DNA from: Xanthomonas sp.
GTDB taxonomy: Bacteria; Pseudomonadota; Gammaproteobacteria; Xanthomonadales; SZUA-5
Length of the DNA: 51,275 nt
NCBI GenBank assembly: GCA_020693165.1
Contig: JAIMJQ010000007.1
Location: 1 to 51,275, forward strand
Direction of reading: 5' to 3'
Numbering within the stretch: the stretch's first letter is position 1; every line of letters starts with the position of its first letter. Under the pieces are notes generated by a model. That model did no database searches, was not told where the DNA came from, and saw only the letters and a program-made list of their open reading frames with translations. Made by a program: the position numbers and the translations under genes. Of this stretch, positions 45,403-51,275 are shown in pieces.

Positions 45403-46772
45403 GGTGCCAGCACGGGGATGCGTTCGGCCGCCAGCCGCGCGGCGGCATCGAGGTCGATCTCCGCCAGCGACTGTCGGCCCGCGGTCAGCTCGCGCAGCAG
45501 GGCGCGCTGCAGTTCGCCGCGCTCGCGCGCCACGGCATACGCAATCGTGGTGAACATGACCATCGTGTAGCGAGGAATGAAGTGCCCCGGCAGGCGCTGC
45601 GCCAGTTCCAACTCCAGTTGCCGTTGCAGCTGGAACCCCGGATCGGCCACGGCATCGCGCATTTCGATGTAATTCTCCAGGGCCATCTCGGCGATCGCGT
45701 GCGCGTTCGGCCGGCGTGCGGCCTCGAACTGCGCGAATACCGTCGACCAGTCGATCTGACTGGCCTGGCGCGCCTGTTCGATCAGATCGAGCAGGGCGAC
45801 GCAATCCTCGAATGCGCAATTCATGCCCTGGCCGTGGAACGGCACGATCGCGTGCGCGGCGTCGCCGATCAGCAGCGCGCGGTCGCCGCGATGCCAGCGC
45901 GGACAACGCAGGGTTCCCAGCGGGCCGACCGGGTGCGCCTGGTATTGCTGGTCGAAGTCCGGAATCAGCGCCAGCGCATCGGCGAAGTCGCGTTCGAACA
46001 AGGCGCGGGCGGCCGCGGCATCCTGGTGGACGGCGAAACTGTCGGCGCCGGCGTGCGGCAGGAACAGGGTGCAGGTGAAGCTGTGGTCGGGGTTGGGCAG
46101 TGCGATCAACATGTAGCCGCCGCGTGGCCAGATGTGCAGCGCGGCCGGGTCCAGCGCCGGCGTGCCGTCGGGCCGCGGCGGGATGGTCAGTTCCTTGTAG
46201 CCGTGGTCGAGGAAATCGGTGTGCTGTCCGAGCGGCTGCTCGGATTCCATCGCCGCGCGCACCGCCGAGCCGGCGCCATCGGCACCAATCAGCACCGAGA
46301 AATCGACATCCAGTTGGCGCTGGTCGCGATCGTCGACGAAGTGCGCCCGCCGCGCGTCGAAATCGACACGGTCCAGGCGCGCATGGAAGTTGAGGCTGGC
46401 GCCGGCATTGGCGGCGACATCGATCAGCGTCTGGTTGAGCCGGCCGCGATGCACCGACCAGATCACCTCATCGGCCTCCAGCCCATAGGTCTGGAACTGG
46501 GTCTGGCCGCAGCGGTCGTGCAACATGCGGCCGCGCATCGGCAGCGCGTAGTCGAGCACCTCGGCGATCGCATCGGCGCGCCGCAGGCCTTCCCAGCCGC
46601 GTCGCGCCAGTGCCAGATTGATCGACCGCCCGGCGGCGACCTGTTCGCGGCGCAGATCGCCGCGGCGCTCGAAGATCGCGACCCGATGGCCGTGGTGCGT
46701 GAGCTGCGCAGCCAGCAGGGCACCGGCGAGACCGGCGCCGGCGATGACGATCGGGGCGGGCTGGGCATTCAT
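45399..46772 (-). CDS. kmo: kynurenine 3-monooxygenase
   Basis: 457 aa from the ATG at 46772. FAD motif IVIAGAGLAGALLA, plus GRSINLALARRG and LIGDAAHAIVPFHGQGMN. Confidence 0.9.
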   Translation of the reverse strand: MNAQPAPIVIAGAGLAGALLAAQLTHHGHRVAIFERRGDLRREQVAAGRSINLALARRGWEGLRRADAIAEVLDYALPMRGRMLHDRCGQTQFQTYGLEADEVIWSVHRGRLNQTLIDVAANAGASLNFHARLDRVDFDARRAHFVDDRDQRQLDVDFSVLIGADGAGSAVRAAMESEQPLGQHTDFLDHGYKELTIPPRPDGTPALDPAALHIWPRGGYMLIALPNPDHSFTCTLFLPHAGADSFAVHQDAAAARALFERDFADALALIPDFDQQYQAHPVGPLGTLRCPRWHRGDRALLIGDAAHAIVPFHGQGMNCAFEDCVALLDLIEQARQASQIDWSTVFAQFEAARRPNAHAIAEMALENYIEMRDAVADPGFQLQRQLELELAQRLPGHFIPRYTMVMFTTIAYAVARERGELQRALLRELTAGRQSLAEIDLDAAARLAAERIPVLAP

Positions 46773-48094
46773 CGCGTTCTCCGGAAGTAGTCGCCCAGGC
46801 TCGCGAGCAGTCGTTGGCAGTCGGCGAATTGATTGTAAAGCGGCGTCGGCGACGCGCGGATCACGTCCGGCTCGCGCCAATCGCAGACGATGCCGGCACG
46901 CGCGAGGTGCTCGAAAGCCTGGCGACCGGCGTCGCGGCCGGCGCGCACGCGCAGCGACAACTGGCAGCCGCGCTGCTCCGGGTCTGCCGGGGTGACGATC
47001 TCGATATGTTCGGCGAAGTCGGCGTTGAGCGCGTCGGCCAGCCAGGCGGTCATCGCCATCGACTTGCGGCGCAGCGCCGGCAGTCCGGCGCGGTCGAAAA
47101 TCTCCAGCGACACGCGCAGCGGCGCCAGCGACAGGATCGACGGATTCGACAGTTGCCAGCCTTCGGCACCGGCGGTCGGCACGAATTCCGGTCCCATGCG
47201 GAAGCGGGTCGCGGCGTCGTGACCCCACCACCCGGCGAAGCGTGGCAAGCCGGCGTGCGCGTGGCGTTCGTGAACGAAGCAGCCGGCGATCGCGCCGGGC
47301 CCGGCGTTGAGGTACTTGTAGCTGCACCACACGGCGAAGTCGGCGCCGCTCGTGTTGAGGTCGAGCGGCACGTTGCCGATCGCATGGGCAAGGTCGAAGC
47401 CGACGCAGCAGCCATGGCGCGCGCCGAGCGCGCTGATCGCGGCGAGGTCGAAGCGCTGTCCGGTGGCGTACTGCACGCCCGGCCACAGGATCAGCGCGAT
47501 GCGCTCACCCTCGCGATCCAGCACGTCGGCAATCTGTTCGAGGTCGATGGTGCTGCGCCCCGGCAGCGGCGCCAGTTCGATCAGGTCGGTGGTCGCATCG
47601 CCGCCGTGGAACTCGATCTGCGAAGCCAGCGCATGGCGATCCGACGGAAATGCGCGCGCCTCCATCAGGATCTTGCGGCGGGCCGGTGTCGGTCGGTAGA
47701 AGCTGACCAGCATCAGATGCAGATTGGTCGTCAGCGTGTTCATCGCGACCACTTCCAGCGGCTTGGCGCCGACGATTCGCGCCAGGCCGTCGCGCACCAG
47801 TTCGTGGTAGGACATCCAGGCGTCGGCGTCGGTGAAGTGTGCCTCGACCGCATGCTGGCGCCACTGCGCGAGCACGCGATCGAGTGCCGCTGGCGTGGCC
47901 CGCGGCATCAGCCCGAGCGAATTGCCACAAAAATAGGCAACGTCGCCGTCGGCGTGCGGCGGCAGCGCGAACTCGCTGCGAAATGCGCGCAGCGGATCGT
48001 TGGCGTCGAGCGTTGTCGGATCTGAGATCACCGGTATGCCCGTGGAATCGCGGAAGATCCGCGATGCTACGCGGAGTCGGCGATGCGCGGACAT
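46769..48094 (-). CDS. kynU: kynureninase
   Basis: PLP enzyme with FCGNSLGLMP and WCSYKYLNAGPG. The start is uncertain (ATG at 48094 chosen; 48133 is also possible). Its stop overlaps the kmo ATG. Confidence 0.85.
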   Translation of the reverse strand: MSAHRRLRVASRIFRDSTGIPVISDPTTLDANDPLRAFRSEFALPPHADGDVAYFCGNSLGLMPRATPAALDRVLAQWRQHAVEAHFTDADAWMSYHELVRDGLARIVGAKPLEVVAMNTLTTNLHLMLVSFYRPTPARRKILMEARAFPSDRHALASQIEFHGGDATTDLIELAPLPGRSTIDLEQIADVLDREGERIALILWPGVQYATGQRFDLAAISALGARHGCCVGFDLAHAIGNVPLDLNTSGADFAVWCSYKYLNAGPGAIAGCFVHERHAHAGLPRFAGWWGHDAATRFRMGPEFVPTAGAEGWQLSNPSILSLAPLRVSLEIFDRAGLPALRRKSMAMTAWLADALNADFAEHIEIVTPADPEQRGCQLSLRVRAGRDAGRQAFEHLARAGIVCDWREPDVIRASPTPLYNQFADCQRLLASLGDYFRRTR

Positions 48095-48180
48095 GCTTGC
48101 GTCCACGGTGGTTGATTCAACGCGCGACGACATTCGCCGTGCGATCCTACGGAGATGCGAATGGAGCACGCGAAACTTCG

Positions 48181-50598
48181 ATGAAGATTGCCTTGCTGCA
48201 GGCGGGTACGGCCAGCGCCATGCTGCTGTTGCGATCCCTGGTTGTCGGCGCGCTGATCCACGGCGTCGCCGTCGCGCAGCCGGTGCAGCTGGTCACTACC
48301 GCGCTGCCGACACCGGTTGCTGGCGACGGATTTTCCGGCGACAACTTCGGAATCGCCAGCGCGATCGCCGGCGACGTGGCGGTGATTGGCGCCTACGGTG
48401 ACACCCTGGTTGCCACCGGGTTCACCTTTGGCATCGCCGCCGGTTCGGCCTACATCTTTGAGCGGGTCGCTGGCGAGTGGCAGCCACTGCAGAAGCTTTC
48501 GCCGCAGCCGGTGGGGACTGATGGCGACAATTACGGCGTCAGCGTCGCGATCCATGGCGCCACCATTGCGATCGGCGCGCCGCGGCGCGACCCCGACCAG
48601 CGTTTCCAGGCGGGCAGCGTGTTCATCTACGGACGTGCGGCGGACGGCTATTTGCTGCAGCAGATCCTCGCACCCGGGGACCCCGCGCCGGAGCAGCGGT
48701 TCGGTAGTACCGTCGCGCTCTGGCAGGATTACCTCGCGGTCGGCGTGCCGGCGGCAGGCGCCGGTCGCGTCGACCTCTACCGGCGCGTTGGCGTCGGCCC
48801 CTACGAATTCGATCGCAGCCTGTTTCCGCTGCCCGACGGCGCCGGGCGTTTTGGCGCTGCGCTGGCGATGGCCGACGCCGAGTTGCTGATCGGAGCGCCG
48901 CAGGCGGACAGCGGCGGCGCGGTCTATCGCAGCACGCTCGGGTCCACCGGCTGGGCTGCGGCGCAGCCACTGGCGCTGGTCGCCGCGGCCGGCGAGGAGC
49001 TCGGATCCGCGCTGGCGCTGGACGGCGCACTGGCGCTGGTGGGGGCGCCTGGCGTCGCGGTCGGGAATGTGCGGGTGCTCGAGCTGGCGGCCGGAAGCTG
49101 GAGTCAGACCGGTGTCATTACTGCCCCGGGTGGCAGCGTCGGCGACCACTTTGGCAGCGCACTGGCGCTTGCTGCCGGAAGCGCCGCGGTGGCTGCCGTC
49201 GATGCGCTCGGCAGTCAGGGCAGGGTGTACCTCTTCGACCGCGCTGGCGCGAACCTGAGCGCCGTCGGGCAGGTCGACATTGCCGACGACGGCCCGGCCA
49301 AGCGCTTCGGCGCGTCGCTGGCGCTGGCTGCCGATGGCGTCCTGATCGGCGCCGATCTCGATCGCGTCGGCCCCAATCGGGGCCAGGGCTCGGCGCGCTG
49401 GTTCCAACCCGGGCCGGGCGGATATGTCGAGACCGCGCAACTCGACAGCGGCAACGGTGCCATGTTCGACCGCTATGGCACGGCGGTCGCCGTGGATGAC
49501 GGCATCGCGCTGGTCGGCGCTTACCTCGAAGACACCGACAGCGGCGCTGACGCCGGCGCCGCGCACTGGTTCGAGCGCATCGCTGGAGACTGGCAATACG
49601 GCGGCCAGATCACCGCGCCCGATGGCGCCATCGAGGATCGCTTCGGGATTGCCGTCGACGTCGATGGCGAGCGCATGGCGGTGGGCGCCTTCTGGGACGT
49701 GGTGGGTAGCAATGTCGATCAGGGTTCGGTCTATATCTTCCGTCGCGAGGGCCCCGACTGGGTGTTCGAAGTCAAGTTGACCGCCAGCGACGGTCGACCG
49801 CGCGACTATTTCGGCTTCGCCGTGGCGCTTGAGGGTGATCGCCTGCTGGTGGGTGCGCGCGGCGCCTCGGTGCCGTTTCTCGAGCAGGGTGTCGCCTATG
49901 TGTTCGAACGCGGCGTCGGCGGTTGGCAGCAACAGGCGCGTCTGGATTTGCCGTTCGCGAACGCTTTCGCCTACTTCGGCGCCAGCGTCGCATGGTCAGG
50001 CGAGCTGGCTCTGGTCGGTGCGCCGGGCGTTACCCTGGCTGCGGGTCCCGAGAGTGCCGGCGCGGCTTACGCGTTCAGGTCGCGTGGTGGCGTGTGGGCG
50101 CTGGCGGCGGCGCTGCAGGCGCCGCAGCCGCAGGCCGGTTCAGGTTTCGGATTTTCGCTGGCGGCGGATGCCGATCACTTGCTGGTGGGTGCGTTCCAGG
50201 AGGGTTTCGCCGGGCAGGGCGCTGCCTATGTTTACCGGTCCCTGGATCTGGGACTCGACGGCGAACTGCGAGCGGCAGCGGCGCAGCCGGGGGAGGCGCT
50301 GGGTATCGCCGTCGCGCTGGGAAATGGCACGGCACTGCTGGGGGCCTCGGGCTACGACCTCGGACAGCAGTTCAACCGCGGCACAGTGCGCGCGTTCAAG
50401 CGTACGGCGGGCGGCTGGACCGAGACAGCGCAGTGGTTCGCCATCGACGGCGCCGGCGGCGATGCCTTTGGTCGCGCCGTGGCGTTCGATGGACGCGATG
50501 CGGTCATCGGAGCGCCGCTCCGTGGCGTCGACAATCCGCTGGAAGGGCATGCCTACATAGCCACTGTCGACCCGTTATTCGCCGACGGCTTCGAATGA
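48181..50598 (+). CDS. secreted FG-GAP (integrin-alpha-like) repeat protein, 14 blades
   Basis: 805 aa from the ATG at 48181, with a signal-like N-terminus. 14 recurrences of the x[FY]G.S[VL]A..G....[VI]GAP motif at a period of about 55 aa. Confidence 0.75.
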   Translation: MKIALLQAGTASAMLLLRSLVVGALIHGVAVAQPVQLVTTALPTPVAGDGFSGDNFGIASAIAGDVAVIGAYGDTLVATGFTFGIAAGSAYIFERVAGEWQPLQKLSPQPVGTDGDNYGVSVAIHGATIAIGAPRRDPDQRFQAGSVFIYGRAADGYLLQQILAPGDPAPEQRFGSTVALWQDYLAVGVPAAGAGRVDLYRRVGVGPYEFDRSLFPLPDGAGRFGAALAMADAELLIGAPQADSGGAVYRSTLGSTGWAAAQPLALVAAAGEELGSALALDGALALVGAPGVAVGNVRVLELAAGSWSQTGVITAPGGSVGDHFGSALALAAGSAAVAAVDALGSQGRVYLFDRAGANLSAVGQVDIADDGPAKRFGASLALAADGVLIGADLDRVGPNRGQGSARWFQPGPGGYVETAQLDSGNGAMFDRYGTAVAVDDGIALVGAYLEDTDSGADAGAAHWFERIAGDWQYGGQITAPDGAIEDRFGIAVDVDGERMAVGAFWDVVGSNVDQGSVYIFRREGPDWVFEVKLTASDGRPRDYFGFAVALEGDRLLVGARGASVPFLEQGVAYVFERGVGGWQQQARLDLPFANAFAYFGASVAWSGELALVGAPGVTLAAGPESAGAAYAFRSRGGVWALAAALQAPQPQAGSGFGFSLAADADHLLVGAFQEGFAGQGAAYVYRSLDLGLDGELRAAAAQPGEALGIAVALGNGTALLGASGYDLGQQFNRGTVRAFKRTAGGWTETAQWFAIDGAGGDAFGRAVAFDGRDAVIGAPLRGVDNPLEGHAYIATVDPLFADGFE

Positions 50599-50611
50599 TG
50601 GCGCGGCGATT

Positions 50612-51061
50612 GCCCGGGAAGGCGTCGGCGTAGTTCCCAAGCAGGTCATCGTTGACCTGGGCTACCGCGGCGTGGATCGCGACAACCCTGGCGTCCAGAT
50701 CATCCACCGCGGCAAGTACAAGCCACTGAGCGCCCAGAAAGGGCGCTGGCTGAAGCGTCGCCAGGCGGTGGAGCCGGCCATTGGCCACCTGAAGGCCGAT
50801 CACCGCATGAATCGGTGTTGGTTGGCGGGCGCGACTGGTGATGCCATTCATGCGGTGCTGTGCGCGGTCGGCTACAACCTGCGCTGGCTGCTGCGGGCGA
50901 TCGTCGAGCGCGGCATCAAGCCGCTGTTTTTGCGCCTGTGTGCATGGTGGCGTCAGCAGCTGACTACCGCGGCTGCAAGGCTATTGCACCGACGTCTTGG
51001 AATCGAACTGTCCCGAGGCAGCCGGTGGCGATTGGCCATCGCCCATGCGGTCGCCGAGTGA
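50612..51061 (+). mobile_element. IS5-family transposase gene remnant (C-terminal third only)
   Basis: The frame reads VVPKQVIVDLGYRGVDRDNPGVQIIHRGKYK...AIGHLKADHRMNRCWLAGATGDAIHAVLCAVGYNLRWLL, the typical C-terminus of IS5/DDE_Tnp_1 transposases. No N-terminal part is present, and the track start is a GTG. Confidence 0.75.
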
Positions 51062-51071
51062 ATTTTGCAGG

Positions 51072-51275
51072 GCCGACTACGACGGCAAGGAGGCGTGGAC
51101 GATCAATCCGTTCCAGGGGCGGCGCGATCCCGAGCGCATGAGTGCGGAAGATTCCAAGGGGCTCGAAGTGCAGTCCGATATCGACGGTCCGCTGGTCGAC
51201 TGGAAGCAAAAGGGGCATCAGGTCGAATACCTCGGCACCGAGGACATGGACGGCACCGAAGCGCACAAGCTCAAG
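51072..51275 (+). CDS. gene fragment, open to the window end and apparently 5'-truncated at the IS remnant (possibly LolA-like / lipoprotein-sorting-like)
   Basis: The frame reads ADYDGKEAWTINPFQGRRDPERMSAEDSKGLEVQSDIDGPLVDWKQKGHQVEYLGTEDMDGTEAHKLK without a stop and with good codon bias. There is no start codon, and it begins right after the IS remnant. Confidence 0.35.

Overview
High-GC (about 65-68 % by eye) gammaproteobacterial chromosome segment. Gene content and order look Xanthomonadales-like, which is inference only, since no database search was possible. All product calls rest on motifs read from the ORF-track translations.

Most of the window is housekeeping:
- recQ, metX, a TrmB-like methyltransferase, cyanophycinase plus a GNAT gene, a PAS-GGDEF-EAL protein and HMG-CoA lyase.
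- A complete his operon (yerC-like regulator, then hisG-D-C-B-H-A-F-IE).
- A sensor kinase / OmpR-type regulator pair, orn-tadA, guaB-(small membrane ORF)-guaA and tRNA-Thr(CGU).
- A fasciclin protein, a DUF4124-like protein and dcp.
- The type IV minor-pilin operon fimT-pilV-pilW-pilX-pilY1-pilE.
- bpt-tesB, kynU-kmo-trmJ and a 14-blade FG-GAP protein.

Accessory or decayed parts:
- The left 4.8 kb holds an AT-rich 5'-partial ORF, about 0.9 kb of GC-rich non-coding DNA, a PaeR7I/XhoI-like restriction endonuclease with a 5'-truncated methyltransferase, and a REP-associated tyrosine transposase (RAYT).
- A Uma2-family gene carries an in-frame TAA.
- An IS5-family remnant at the right edge abuts a truncated gene.

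The most unusual signal is not a protein system. It is a very dense population (about 19 sites in 51 kb) of related palindromic REP/REPIN/MITE-like elements.
- They share a conserved core of about 57 nt with TGTTCG...CGAACA termini, and the RAYT gene is flanked by family members.
- Many copies carry locus-specific tandem oligomer arrays (6-15 nt units) that form complementary hairpin arms.
- One copy sits in frame inside hisH, adding about 57 aa.
- Several overlap stop codons through a GTAG motif.
- Two precede Shine-Dalgarno-less, CA-rich leaders of hisG and hisB.
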